Below are positions 19,563 through 29,346 of a stretch of 64,000 nt of DNA, piece after piece. The notes beneath the pieces were generated by a model. It did no database searches, was not told where the DNA came from, and saw only the letters and a list, made by a program, of their open reading frames with translations. The stretch's first letter is position 1. Each line of letters opens with the position of its first letter. The DNA is taken from positions 64,001-128,000 of IMG/VR virus record IMGVR_UViG_3300049044_000033; one strand, 5' to 3'. Origin of the DNA: a virus (taxonomy: Duplodnaviria > Heunggongvirae > Uroviricota > Caudoviricetes). A program made the translations under genes and the position numbers.

Positions 19563-19754
19563 CAGACGCCACACCATTCATAGTGATGAACTCGACACTG
19601 GCTTTCAGCGTCCTTCTTCATCATCGAATCAAAGGAGAAGAGGACCACGGCTCCAAGAGCTGCGTAGAATCCGTAGAGGGCAATCTTGTTTCGCATCGCT
19701 GCTTCCTTGTTATCCAACCTGTTCCTATGCTGAAACAGGTTGGATGTCAACCCC

Positions 19755-20249
19755 TCAATCCATCCATTCCATCCGACGCTTGTGTGAACGCTCGATATCA
19801 AAATCGCAGTTGCGATTCGCGAACGTTGCGAGATCCAAACGATGGGCTCGCGCCCCGTGACCGGGCTGGATCGTCACAGACTTCTCAGTGATCTTCGTGA
19901 TCGAACCAAGGTAGTCGAAGTTGTAGGAATCGTAGATCGCAGTGTCGCCTTCTGCGAACGTGATATCGATGGTTTTGTGACCATACTGGCCGGTCAGATG
20001 GATTGTCTTCTTGCCTGCTTCATTCACCCCAAAGGCAGCAAACATACCGGTTTCCTGCGAGGGATAAATTTGGCCGAAACGCTTGCGTTCCTTGGTCATG
20101 ATCGGCGTGCGATCTTCTTTCGGCAAGACAACTGCGCGAGCATGTTCCAGTGCCGTCACGATTGCCCGACTTTCAGGAGTGCCGAGGCCGTAGCTCTTTG
20201 CCATAGCCATAATCGCTGTCGACATCTTTTCAACGGTAACTGCGTCCAT
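19755..20249 (-). CDS. hypothetical protein
   Basis: GDTAIYDSYNFDYLGSITKIT; RBS module. Confidence 0.75.
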   Translation of the reverse strand: MDAVTVEKMSTAIMAMAKSYGLGTPESRAIVTALEHARAVVLPKEDRTPIMTKERKRFGQIYPSQETGMFAAFGVNEAGKKTIHLTGQYGHKTIDITFAEGDTAIYDSYNFDYLGSITKITEKSVTIQPGHGARAHRLDLATFANRNCDFDIERSHKRRMEWMD

Positions 20250-20313
20250 CGTTCGATCTCCTGTTTGCTCTATGTCTCCACTATAAAGCAAACAGGTGAC
20301 GCGTCAACCTGTT

Positions 20314-20556
20314 TTAGACTGGAAAGATGAACTTGATAACCTCTAGAACGGCAGTGGTCACCAACGTGACCACACAAGCGATCAGGATAGCAGTAATGAT
20401 CTTCCCATACCATGGAGTGAAGAGAATACTTTTCACTCGATCTTCACTCTCCGGCGAAGTGATAGTGAACTTCTTGTATTGGCGTCGCTCCCAGACATAC
20501 TGGTAAATGAGTGACCCTATGGCCGAGCCGATGAAAACCAATAGGTAGTAGTTCAC
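20314..20556 (-). CDS. membrane protein
   Basis: Two hydrophobic segments. Confidence 0.65.
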   Translation of the reverse strand: MNYYLLVFIGSAIGSLIYQYVWERRQYKKFTITSPESEDRVKSILFTPWYGKIITAILIACVVTLVTTAVLEVIKFIFPV

Positions 20557-21005
20557 TTTTTCTTCCCCTTCATCTTTGCGATCAGGTCAGCCTTTGCCCG
20601 GGCGCTTTGGTTACGACGTTTCTGCCACTCGGGCAATCCCTCGTCAGGATCAAGGACGCTATGAATTTCTGGAATACCACCTGGGTATTCGTCATACATC
20701 ACGAGGTATTCAGGAAACCGAGGCGCAGTTTCCTTATAGGAATCGCATAGTGCGAGGTGCAACCGTTCATGTGATGCGATGAATCGTGCCTCTTTAAACG
20801 ATACACCTGAGAGGACTGCGCCCATATCGCTTAACCGAATATTAAGCTGATCGTCAATCCAGGCGTTAAACTCTTCAGCCGATTCCATCTGGATATTCAA
20901 GCCCTCAGGGAAAAGACTGCCCAACATGCTGAGCCGAGAATCAGCAATTAGTTGGCGAATGATAGCGTGGGTTGCCTCGTCTGCGAGGGGCTCATCCTGG
21001 GTCAT
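20553..21005 (-). CDS. hypothetical protein
   Basis: Coupled ORF. Confidence 0.7.
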   Translation of the reverse strand: MTQDEPLADEATHAIIRQLIADSRLSMLGSLFPEGLNIQMESAEEFNAWIDDQLNIRLSDMGAVLSGVSFKEARFIASHERLHLALCDSYKETAPRFPEYLVMYDEYPGGIPEIHSVLDPDEGLPEWQKRRNQSARAKADLIAKMKGKKK

Positions 21006-21268
21006 TAGCTTGTCTCCCTCTGCTCGAATTGGATATAGTCAGCAGCATCGTATAGGCCGACCCGGTTAGCGATTGCGCGAAGGGCAGTCAGCTGCTCCTC
21101 CAGCGAATGCTGTGACTGAGCGAACTTGGGAATGTGCTTCAGGCCATCGTCAATAGTGAACGCCTGGTTTTCAGTGCTGAAAAGTGCGCGAGCGACCATA
21201 CGATCCTTGCTCTTAGCGACTGCTTCTTCGGCGCTTCCTGCGGCGTAACTAGAGGGAAAAGTCTGCAC
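21005..21268 (-). CDS. hypothetical protein
   Basis: GLYDAADYI motif; GTG after RBS module. Confidence 0.7.
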   Translation of the reverse strand: MQTFPSSYAAGSAEEAVAKSKDRMVARALFSTENQAFTIDDGLKHIPKFAQSQHSLEEQLTALRAIANRVGLYDAADYIQFEQRETS

Positions 21269-21543
21269 TATCGATCTCCTGTTTCTGTTATCCCACTTTA
21301 TAGGATAGGTGACATTAGTCAACCACTTTTAGGAGGTTTTTGGCCGAAAACGCTTTTCCTTGAGACAGCGGGCTTTGCCCTTCTCGGCATACTTGAGCAT
21401 CTCGGTCAAACCCATCTCGCGATAGCGATCGCAAAGTTCTGCGAAATCCTCAAAGTAGCGATTATCAGCAGCATGACGAGCCATCTTCGATCTCCTGTTT
21501 TGTTGCCTTATGATAACAAAACAGGAGCCAAAGTCAACCGCTT

Positions 21544-22131
21544 TTAGAGCGGCGCTTCCAGTTTTTCAATCTCTGCGTTGAGCTTCGCTCGCTCCCTGTA
21601 GAGATCCTCTAGATCATGCTTTGTGATCAAGTGGTTCTTGCGTTTATAGAACGCCTCTGCCCACTCAGTACCAAACATGTCGTGAAGAGTTTCAATACCC
21701 TGACGGTCGAGTTCTTCGGGCCCCATCGTCTCATAGGCATCGAATTCAAAAGACGTCATGTCTTCTGCGTCATCAAAACAGTCGAGCAGAAGGCCAACAT
21801 TCGCGACCATAATGTCATTGAATGTTGGGCTATACTTGGACCATTCTGCGCGATGAGTGACGCGGAAATCCAAGTTGCGGGCCGGCATATTAAGCTTGCG
21901 AGCTTCTGCTTCGGCCAAGATTGCGTCACGACGTGGCTGGATGAAATCGTAAAGTTCCTCAAGCGCATCAAATCGAAGGTTGTCTGAGCTAATGTCAACT
22001 GACTCTGTCATAGTTTCTATTATTGTTTTGACACGATCACGCCAGTCATTCAGCTGATTTTCAGTCTTGAACTGGTTGAGGTCTGTATAGCGAACCTTAA
22101 CGCCGTCAATGAGGAAGTCCAGCTTGTCCAT
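21544..22131 (-). CDS. acidic hypothetical protein
   Basis: TAATG-coupled ORF. Confidence 0.75.
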   Translation of the reverse strand: MDKLDFLIDGVKVRYTDLNQFKTENQLNDWRDRVKTIIETMTESVDISSDNLRFDALEELYDFIQPRRDAILAEAEARKLNMPARNLDFRVTHRAEWSKYSPTFNDIMVANVGLLLDCFDDAEDMTSFEFDAYETMGPEELDRQGIETLHDMFGTEWAEAFYKRKNHLITKHDLEDLYRERAKLNAEIEKLEAPL

Positions 22132-22319
22132 TAGTTTTCCACCTTGATTTCAACTTCCGGATACTTCCCGGTCACATCGTGGCGAACCTCGACCACTTCC
22201 CGCCCGCCTATACCAAAGTCAACCTTCTCACCAACGCGCGGAATGTGGCATGAAGTATATTCATGCTCAACGTCCCAGCAGCCGTAGTGTTCGCGAAGGA
22301 TTTTGATTTTGATTTCCAT
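22131..22319 (-). CDS. hypothetical protein
   Basis: IPRVGEKV; RBS module. Confidence 0.65.
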   Translation of the reverse strand: MEIKIKILREHYGCWDVEHEYTSCHIPRVGEKVDFGIGGREVVEVRHDVTGKYPEVEIKVEN

Positions 22320-22377
22320 TGTCGATCTCCTGTTGTCTTGCCACCACTTTATAGGAAAGGTGAGGAGTGTCAACCAA

Positions 22378-22407
22378 AATAATGGGGAGGGTTTCCCCTC
22401 CCCATTT
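22378..22407 (-). terminator. intrinsic terminator
   Basis: AUGGGGAGGG-GAAA-CCCUCCCCAU followed by UAUUUU. Confidence 0.8.
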
Positions 22408-22578
22408 GATCTTTCACCAGCTTCGCGGGCCTACCGTCTTCAGCACCCTTATCCGATCCGCGTTAACTCACTAAGGTGTTAATACCACGACTTGCGACGG
22501 ACACCTTAGTTCTGCAGCTGGCGCCTCCAAGCCCAAGATCAGCGGACTTTTGAAAGGATCCGGGGGCACCGAAACAAC
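22378..22578 (-). ncRNA. candidate structured ncRNA 2 (~200 nt)
   Basis: Own promoter (22585-22612) and terminator (22378-22407); no RBS module or ORF; nested stems. Confidence 0.65.
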
Positions 22579-22615
22579 TTAATTGGTTTAGCAACTTTTT
22601 AGGTAGAGTCAACAC

Positions 22616-23059
22616 CTATTTGGCCTTTTTGATCAACTCCTCAAGACTGATCCGTTCAACAAATTGTGCGCTAGGCATGTGGAAGAGCATTTGGGTTTCG
22701 CCCTTCTTGGTCTTACGAGCATTCACGCTGTAGATAGAGAGCGCCATAGAATCATTAGCCCGATCGGCCATCTCCTTCAAACGTTCGAGGCTGATCTTGG
22801 GGAACCAATTGAGTAGCTGCTCAATCGACTCAAAAGCAAAGTGCCATTCCCGACGGTCGCGATGAACCCACTCGTAGGTAGCCTTTTTGCCTTTGCTCTT
22901 ACCTTCCCACCAGTCTCTGAGTAAGTCGTCATTTTCGGGACCAACGTGGCATTCGGGTTCAGTACCACCCTCTTTGATTGCAAGCTCAGCAACCTCGAAG
23001 CCAAAGCCCCTGCTGTAAATGCCTTGATCTTCCTTGTTCTCGAGGCGAAATACCAACAT
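22616..23059 (-). CDS. conserved phage hypothetical protein
   Basis: VFRLE..GIY..P..D..FAFESIEQLLNWF. Confidence 0.7.
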   Translation of the reverse strand: MLVFRLENKEDQGIYSRGFGFEVAELAIKEGGTEPECHVGPENDDLLRDWWEGKSKGKKATYEWVHRDRREWHFAFESIEQLLNWFPKISLERLKEMADRANDSMALSIYSVNARKTKKGETQMLFHMPSAQFVERISLEELIKKAK

Positions 23060-23130
23060 GCTGATCTCCGTTTGCTTTCTACCCACCCAATTTAGCAGGA
23101 TAGGTGAGCACGTCAACCAGTTTTTGAGAA

Positions 23131-23307
23131 TTACAAAACCCTGAAAGGTAAAGCTATGAGGAATAACAGAGTGGGCACTGCTATTCCGTTGATTATTGCT
23201 TGTGTGAAGTCAAAGGGTCTGACTCTAAGTTTCTGTACCGACAGGGTTCCCACGAATACAAAGAATCCCAATTTTATAAGATTAGGATCGATCAGGCTCC
23301 CGTCCAT
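23131..23307 (-). CDS. small membrane protein (not in ORF track)
   Basis: 58-aa ORF MDGSLIDP..., TGATG-coupled, hydrophobic. Confidence 0.55.
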   Translation of the reverse strand: MDGSLIDPNLIKLGFFVFVGTLSVQKLRVRPFDFTQAIINGIAVPTLLFLIALPFRVL

Positions 23308-23615
23308 CAGTTGGGTACCTTATCGCAATTTGCCAGCGGAGCGCAGTAGGGTTCGCCATCTTCTCCTGAGCCATACACTATCCCATCCACGATCTCTTCG
23401 ACCACTACGGTCTGAACCACGCCGGGCTGAATTTCCATAAGGACCATGTCGTTGACGTTGATACGACGCTCGATACCGAGTATCGTGACTTCGCCGGTGA
23501 GGACGTTAGTCGAGGTGTGCATCATCCGGATAGGGTTGTGGTTGATTGGCAGAGGTTCGATCTTACCTGACGCAATGATGAAAACATCAGCGGGAATCTT
23601 ATTATCTTCGACCAC
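23307..23615 (-). CDS. hypothetical protein
   Basis: RBS module with 10-bp IR (23635-23667). Confidence 0.7.
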   Translation of the reverse strand: MVEDNKIPADVFIIASGKIEPLPINHNPIRMMHTSTNVLTGEVTILGIERRINVNDMVLMEIQPGVVQTVVVEEIVDGIVYGSGEDGEPYCAPLANCDKVPN

Positions 23616-23898
23616 GTTCGATCTCCTCTTGCTTACTAGTTCACAATAAAGAAATAGGTGAACTAGTCAACCAGTTTATTTGCCCTTCGTGATCATACCA
23701 GCCTCGAAGTCGGCCTTCAGCTTATCGCACAGACCCGTACCATCCTCGAAAGATGTCATCCACTTCGTGGGATCATTGGGGTTCCGAGTCAGAGTCAGAA
23801 CCTTACCATCGGGGTGGGTAAAACGCACTACGTCGCTCACTGCTGATCTCCTGTTGTTATGTTGTGATAATAACAGGATAGGTGAGCACGTCAACCCC

Positions 23899-24429
23899 TT
23901 ATTCACCTATTTTGTGGAAATTCCTGACCTCACCAGCGCGACGTTCCGCTGCGGTCGTCCGGCGCCATCCCAGTTCCTTCATCTTCGCAGTCTGTTCCTT
24001 GCCGCGCAGCATATTGAACTGGCACTGCTCGTTCCAAAGTGCCCTCTCGCGCTCTACGGCGTTCTTGTGCGCAAGGCTATCCTCATTGTGTGCCTCGTTA
24101 AGCGTGGCCGAGAAAGAGTTCTCATAGGCCGTCACACCATAGTGGAAGTTGAACTTGAGAGTGTGACCATCGGGGTGAACCAGCGTATCGCCGTAGTTTA
24201 CGTGGCTACCATCGGGCGAGCAGCGGTTGTGGTCTTCTGCCTTCTTGAATCCCAGCGCCTTAGCGCGCTCACTCATCTTGTGTAGCTGATTAGCGCCGCC
24301 GTGCCCGCCGCGCTTGTAGAAGCTCGCAGATCCAGGCTGGACCATCTTGCCCTCGTCGAACTCAGCTTCGTAGATTTCTACGTTCTGACCGCTGCCGAGG
24401 ATCTTCTTCGCGAGCTTCTGGAATTCCAT
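23899..24429 (-). CDS. hypothetical protein
   Basis: Start reassigned after RBS module. Confidence 0.75.
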   Translation of the reverse strand: MEFQKLAKKILGSGQNVEIYEAEFDEGKMVQPGSASFYKRGGHGGANQLHKMSERAKALGFKKAEDHNRCSPDGSHVNYGDTLVHPDGHTLKFNFHYGVTAYENSFSATLNEAHNEDSLAHKNAVERERALWNEQCQFNMLRGKEQTAKMKELGWRRTTAAERRAGEVRNFHKIGE

Positions 24430-24493
24430 TTTCGATCTCCGCTTTGCTTCTGTTGCCCTCACATTAGCAGAATAGGTGAAACTGTCAACCAGT

Positions 24494-25291
24494 TTATACG
24501 GACATCTTACCGACCATAATGCGATCCATAATATTTTTGTCCATCTTCACCAACATGGAATTAAACAAGGAAATGATTCGGACTTCCTCGCCATCAATTT
24601 TGCGGATGAGGACGCCGCCCTTAGGATAATACTTGAGCAGCTTACCGAAAGCAATCCCTGCTCCAATCAGTGCGTCCTTGCTGTATTCCTTGTGTGTGAA
24701 AACAACAGTGTCGCCGACTTCAATAGTTTGCCCCAATTGATCAATAAACTTAGGCGGATCGACCTGCTCTGCTTCACGCTCGGCTTTTGATTTCTTTTTG
24801 AAGTTTGCAACAGTAGGAAGGTCGCAATCGAGTAGAACTACCAGTCGGTTATAGCCCTTAACTCGACTTGTAAAATCAGTTCCGTCGTCGAGAAGAAAAA
24901 CCGCTTTGCTGCTGTAACCATAAGGAGAGAGATATCCGACTACTTCGGAAGCATCTTCAATACCGTTTTGTTGGTTATTGCTTCGCTTGAAATAGAAAAC
25001 TGTCGGCTGGTCTGCCTCAATATTCTTTATTTCAACTTCAGGATGACCGTCCTCATCAATTTTGCCAGTTGCTATCCGTATCGGACGGGCGATGCGTTCA
25101 AAAATTTCAGGATTGATGCGAAGAATGGAACCATCACGAGCACCGCCTTCGATCCGAATTCGTGCAGGCTTCTTCCCCAACTTATAGTCTTCCAAATTCT
25201 TCAGAATGTCAACTATCTCTTCGTTCGACTTTGACATGTCCATATAACGACTATTGAGGAATTTATTGAAATCCATTTCGGTGTAGGTCAT
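24494..25291 (-). CDS. KOW/SH3-like paralog family A protein
   Basis: EGGARDGSILR; DQLGQTIEVGD; RIMVGKMSV end. Confidence 0.75.
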   Translation of the reverse strand: MTYTEMDFNKFLNSRYMDMSKSNEEIVDILKNLEDYKLGKKPARIRIEGGARDGSILRINPEIFERIARPIRIATGKIDEDGHPEVEIKNIEADQPTVFYFKRSNNQQNGIEDASEVVGYLSPYGYSSKAVFLLDDGTDFTSRVKGYNRLVVLLDCDLPTVANFKKKSKAEREAEQVDPPKFIDQLGQTIEVGDTVVFTHKEYSKDALIGAGIAFGKLLKYYPKGGVLIRKIDGEEVRIISLFNSMLVKMDKNIMDRIMVGKMSV

Positions 25292-25351
25292 CTTCGATCT
25301 CCTGTTTTGTTGTTCACATCATAACAGAATAGGTGAGCTAGTCAACCTATT

Positions 25352-25615
25352 CTAGCCAGGAAAGTGACCCCAAGGATCAAAGAATCCGGTCATTGAATAG
25401 CAAGTTCCGTCCTCCAAACGGGCGGCCGCCACGAGCCCATCTTCGTAAACCAAGATGTCATCCCGGGAGGATAGCACGATGGTTTTTCCACCTTCAAAGG
25501 GGAGAACGATGGAACTACCAAACTGGGGCTTCGCAATGCGAGCACCCCGAACCCAGCTCGTAAACTGTTCATTCGTGCAGGGTGCAAACTGCTGGATGAC
25601 CTGGTAGTTCTTCAT
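25352..25615 (-). CDS. hypothetical protein
   Basis: RBS module. Confidence 0.65.
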   Translation of the reverse strand: MKNYQVIQQFAPCTNEQFTSWVRGARIAKPQFGSSIVLPFEGGKTIVLSSRDDILVYEDGLVAAARLEDGTCYSMTGFFDPWGHFPG

Positions 25616-25760
25616 AGTCGATCTCCTCGTTTCTTGCCACCAGTTTAGCAAAAAGGGTAGGTGTGTCAACCAGTTTTAGGTCTGGGATATCACAAAGATC
25701 AAAAGGGCAAGGACCGACCCACTTAGGGCCAGTCCTATCACACAATCAACATTCAAGCCC

Positions 25761-26351
25761 TTATTCACCCTCTACCTCCCGTAGCACCACAACGCGGATA
25801 TACTTGCCCGTCGGACGCGCACCCTGGGTATAAGTAGCCTCAATGACCCGGAAACCCATCCGTTCCATATCGCCTTCGTCGAGTCGGCTAACATTCCTCC
25901 AACCCTGCTCGATCATCGTGCTTTTGACATCGGAGAGTCGGTTTGCGATGAATTCCTTACCATTTCGGTCAGCATACCGGCAGGGCCAAGATTCGAGCGC
26001 CTTCTTAACGCCTTCGATTAACTTTAATTCGCGTTCGTTGGAATCGACGAGCTTGCGAACTTCGCGGCCGCTATTAAGCAACATATTGGGATTCTCACGG
26101 AAGAAATCTCGGACCGCCTCGTTACTGCGAATGATTCGCTCGTTCTCGCGCTGGATGTGCTTGGCCATCAATTCGTTGGCTTTTTCTAAGTTAACGGGCG
26201 TTAACCCATTCGGGTAAACTGACTTGAAGCGCTGGAGGAGGAATTCAGGGTTAACGTCGTAGAAGGGAGCAACATTAGCAGCAACGCTTTCGGGCGTCCC
26301 ACCCTTGCGGAGTTCCTGGATAAAGTCGTCGAACGCTTCTGCCTTGCTCAT
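25761..26351 (-). CDS. hypothetical protein
   Basis: RBS module. Confidence 0.75.
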   Translation of the reverse strand: MSKAEAFDDFIQELRKGGTPESVAANVAPFYDVNPEFLLQRFKSVYPNGLTPVNLEKANELMAKHIQRENERIIRSNEAVRDFFRENPNMLLNSGREVRKLVDSNERELKLIEGVKKALESWPCRYADRNGKEFIANRLSDVKSTMIEQGWRNVSRLDEGDMERMGFRVIEATYTQGARPTGKYIRVVVLREVEGE

Positions 26352-26604
26352 CTTCGATCTCCTGTGCTGCATTTCGTGTCACCACTTTAGCAGAACTGGA
26401 GACTACGTCAACCTGTTTTTCGGAAGTCGGTGGATTTTCCATCCAGAATTTTGATTGTGTCCCGATCCTGGAGACCACGATTGGCCATTGCGCTGACCTC
26501 ATCAGCAAGTCGACGTTCCGATCCTGGTCCGTCCTCAACGAAGCGACAATCAATATCGCCGCTCCCATTGTTGAGGATTACCCAAGTTCCAGTGTCTCTG
26601 CTCA

Positions 26605-27003
26605 TCAGTAAAGCATCTCCCATTCAGCAGCCAGCTCTGCGTAGAAAGCAGCTTCATAGCGCGCCATACCGTTCGACATGAAGGAAGTAGACTGGTTGGT
26701 GAACCGATTCTTGTTGATTGCCTCGCGGCTGATAAAACCGTAGAGGTGCTCAACAACCGCTTCAGCTGTCTGTGGCTGCTGCTCGCTGAGGGTACCAGTA
26801 ACCTGCGCTTCTTCCCACTTGTTAATGTGGGTAAGGTAAACCGAAGCGACCTGCTTCTGCGCGGCCAGCTTCATTGTGCTCTCGGCCCAGGTGAAAGCGT
26901 GGACGGGATTCTCGTTCAAAGCTTCCTTGAACTTTTCGAGTTCGTGATCGGCCTGTGCAATAACGCTCTGGAACTTCTTCTTTACCTGCTGCAGAGTGGG
27001 CAT
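26605..27003 (-). CDS. helical hypothetical protein
   Basis: RBS module. Confidence 0.75.
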   Translation of the reverse strand: MPTLQQVKKKFQSVIAQADHELEKFKEALNENPVHAFTWAESTMKLAAQKQVASVYLTHINKWEEAQVTGTLSEQQPQTAEAVVEHLYGFISREAINKNRFTNQSTSFMSNGMARYEAAFYAELAAEWEMLY

Positions 27004-27066
27004 ATTCGATCTCCTGTTTCTGTTGTCCTCAAGTTAGCAGAAACAGGAGATGTGTCAACACCTATT

Positions 27067-27432
27067 TTAGGAATTGAGGATCTTATTAGCCCAGGAAGCA
27101 GACTTGCCCCATAGGGCACCGAGTTCGCGCTGGGTGATATTCCCACCGGTCATCACGACAGTGTCAAATACCCGCTTGACAGCATCCTCAATCGGAAGGC
27201 GCTTAGGAGTGCGGACCTTCTTTGCTACCTTGGTAGCCTTAGGGAGCAGCTCACGTGCCTCATTAAGACGGCGACGAACCGTTGGTACAGAGCAGCCCAT
27301 TTCCACGGCCAATTCCTTGAGCGTGTATTTCTGCTCAGCTTCGAGAAGGGCCTTGGCAAGATTGGAATTCATCTTGCCCATATAGACCCACGTGACGCCA
27401 GTAAGTGCGATCGTTTTTGCCGAAGTCTGCAT
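27067..27432 (-). CDS. tandem helix-turn-helix DNA-binding protein
   Basis: YTLKELAVEMGCSVPTVRRRL and ITQRELGALWGKSASWANKIL. Confidence 0.7.
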   Translation of the reverse strand: MQTSAKTIALTGVTWVYMGKMNSNLAKALLEAEQKYTLKELAVEMGCSVPTVRRRLNEARELLPKATKVAKKVRTPKRLPIEDAVKRVFDTVVMTGGNITQRELGALWGKSASWANKILNS

Positions 27433-27560
27433 AAGACAGAAATCCCTCTATTTGCGTAAAAGCTTTTGCTTGTTACGCTTTGTTGTAAAAGTCCCAAAAG
27501 GACGACGTGGATCCCCTTATACTAGGATCCACGCCGTAAAATCAATACCTTATTTAGACT

Positions 27561-27725
27561 TTAGTCTTCGATGCGCCAGTTCACCACACGACCGTCGATT
27601 GCTGCGCTCTTTGCGCTAATAACACCTGCGCGCTTGATGGGATCCTCGGCCTCTCCGTCGGAGATCTGGAAGGTCTGCTCCTTGCGATGCCGACCCTTTA
27701 TGTAAGTGATGATCAGCTTCTTCAT
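27561..27725 (-). CDS. small protein (not in ORF track)
   Basis: 54-aa ORF MKKLIITY..., ATGA overlap with the 27722 gene. Confidence 0.6.
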   Translation of the reverse strand: MKKLIITYIKGRHRKEQTFQISDGEAEDPIKRAGVISAKSAAIDGRVVNWRIED

Positions 27726-28042
27726 ACCGAAACGCGACCATCAACAACGTTTGCCAGCGTTTCGCCCTGGGCGACTCGGAACCAACCATACTTGGCGGGG
27801 ACCAGTGCGATCGATTCGCCGACCTTCAGGTTTTCCGAAAATGCGCTGGGAAGACCGATCCGGCGACCATTGCCCTTGACGCTCAGGTTCTTGAGCAGCT
27901 GGTCCTTAGAGAGGTTTGCGGCCGATTCGCGATCAGTGAAGCGGATCATGACCTGACCATCCTTGACCGTGATACGCGCCTTGGTGTTCGGTCCGATCTT
28001 CGAATTGGTCGCTTCAGTGTTGAAATTGATTACCTTATACAT
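27722..28042 (-). CDS. hypothetical protein, paralog of 5516-5851
   Basis: Shared motifs. Confidence 0.75.
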   Translation of the reverse strand: MYKVINFNTEATNSKIGPNTKARITVKDGQVMIRFTDRESAANLSKDQLLKNLSVKGNGRRIGLPSAFSENLKVGESIALVPAKYGWFRVAQGETLANVVDGRVSV

Positions 28043-28202
28043 TTCGATCTCCCTATTGTTGGGGCCCTATTGCCCCTCTTCATATGTTGACACTAACACC
28101 TGGTTAGTGGATGTCTACCACTTTTTCACCTAATTGTTAGAAAGATTTCCAGGTCATTTAGTCAAAAGAAAAGGTGGATTGCTCCACCCCTTCTCTATTG
28201 AC

Positions 28203-28541
28203 TTAGGCTACTAGACCGTAAGTCTCGCGCTCTTCGCGCTGATCAGCAGTCATCATCTTGCCCAGAGCATGGAGGTAGCCGAAACGCGCAATCTGTCGCC
28301 ACGCGTCATTCTCGTCAGCCGATGTAAAGGCAATGAGCTTCACTGCGTTATCGATGGGCAGATCATTCTCTTCTTCATCGAGGCCGTTGCCATTGAATAC
28401 GGCAAACATGTTGGTTTCGACCGGCCGGTTAACCGTGACGAGGATTTCGTCACCGCACGAAATCTGTAGCAAATGCTCGCAATCGAAAGTCTGAGCCGTT
28501 AACGCATAATTGCGACGGGCGATCTCGTTATCGATGGACAT
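28203..28541 (-). CDS. hypothetical protein
   Basis: RBS/promoter; terminator hairpin 28165-28195. Confidence 0.7.
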   Translation of the reverse strand: MSIDNEIARRNYALTAQTFDCEHLLQISCGDEILVTVNRPVETNMFAVFNGNGLDEEENDLPIDNAVKLIAFTSADENDAWRQIARFGYLHALGKMMTADQREERETYGLVA

Positions 28542-28846
28542 TCTCTTAACTCCTGTTTGTGTTTTCTTATCACCACATTTAGAGCAAAAGGAGGTGAGCG
28601 TCAATACCTATTTTGAAAACTTGGTGAGAATCTCATCCATCTCAGCAATCCTCTCCCGAAACTCCTTCAGGGTTTGCTGATTGATCTCATCTTGACGGGC
28701 CTGACCCATAGGTCCGCGAATATGCGGTTGGGCGAGTATGAGTTCCTCGGTTCGCGCTAGCATCTGAGCGAGTTCGTCACGCAAGCCCTGAGCCATCTTT
28801 TGATTGAGGGTATGGCGATTATCCCACCATACCTTTACGTTGACGC

Positions 28847-29209
28847 TCACTGGGCTCCCTCTTTGGCCCATTCAGCATATCTGCTATAGACCTTTTCGAC
28901 CAGGCGCTCAGTGGCCTTCTGTGGGGTCATCGGACCCTTAACAGTAAGACCCTTGGCATTTTCATACCAACCGAAGCCGAGAATGTCCATGACGAACTGT
29001 TCCTGGCACTCTTCGACCAGTTTGCTGAAGAGTTCGTGGGTTCTGATAGAAACTCTGCCATGCAGGGCTTGTGCGTTCTCATTAGCCGGATTTGCGACTG
29101 TTATGACGAGAAGCCTGGCCGTGGAACCTAGACCGTCGAAATTCTTACCGGAGATCAAATCTCGCATGACCTGATCCTGAGCCATCATCACAACTTCATT
29201 AAAGTCCAT
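28847..29209 (-). CDS. hypothetical protein
   Basis: RBS module; structured leader upstream. Confidence 0.7.
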   Translation of the reverse strand: MDFNEVVMMAQDQVMRDLISGKNFDGLGSTARLLVITVANPANENAQALHGRVSIRTHELFSKLVEECQEQFVMDILGFGWYENAKGLTVKGPMTPQKATERLVEKVYSRYAEWAKEGAQ

Positions 29210-29233
29210 GTCCGATCTCCTCAAAAAGGTGTT

Positions 29234-29308
29234 GGAGCGTAGCAGATGCCCGGTTCGACTTGTTTGTTCCCTTTGGACAAGCCTATGTAGACACTTGAAC
29301 TACGCTCC
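29234..29308 (-). promoter_or_regulatory. structured 5' leader / small hairpin RNA
   Basis: GGAGCGUAG/CUACGCUCC, GUGUCU/GGGCAU and GGCUUGU/ACAAGUC stems between promoter and RBS. Confidence 0.5.
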
Positions 29309-29346
29309 TCATCTCCTCTTTTATATAGGATAGGTGATACGTCAAC

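Noticed and set aside
29234-29308. tRNA gene (GGAGCGTAG.. start, GGTTCGA on the plus strand)
   Set aside because: Folds as one long hairpin; no cloverleaf, anticodon arm or correctly placed T-loop on either strand
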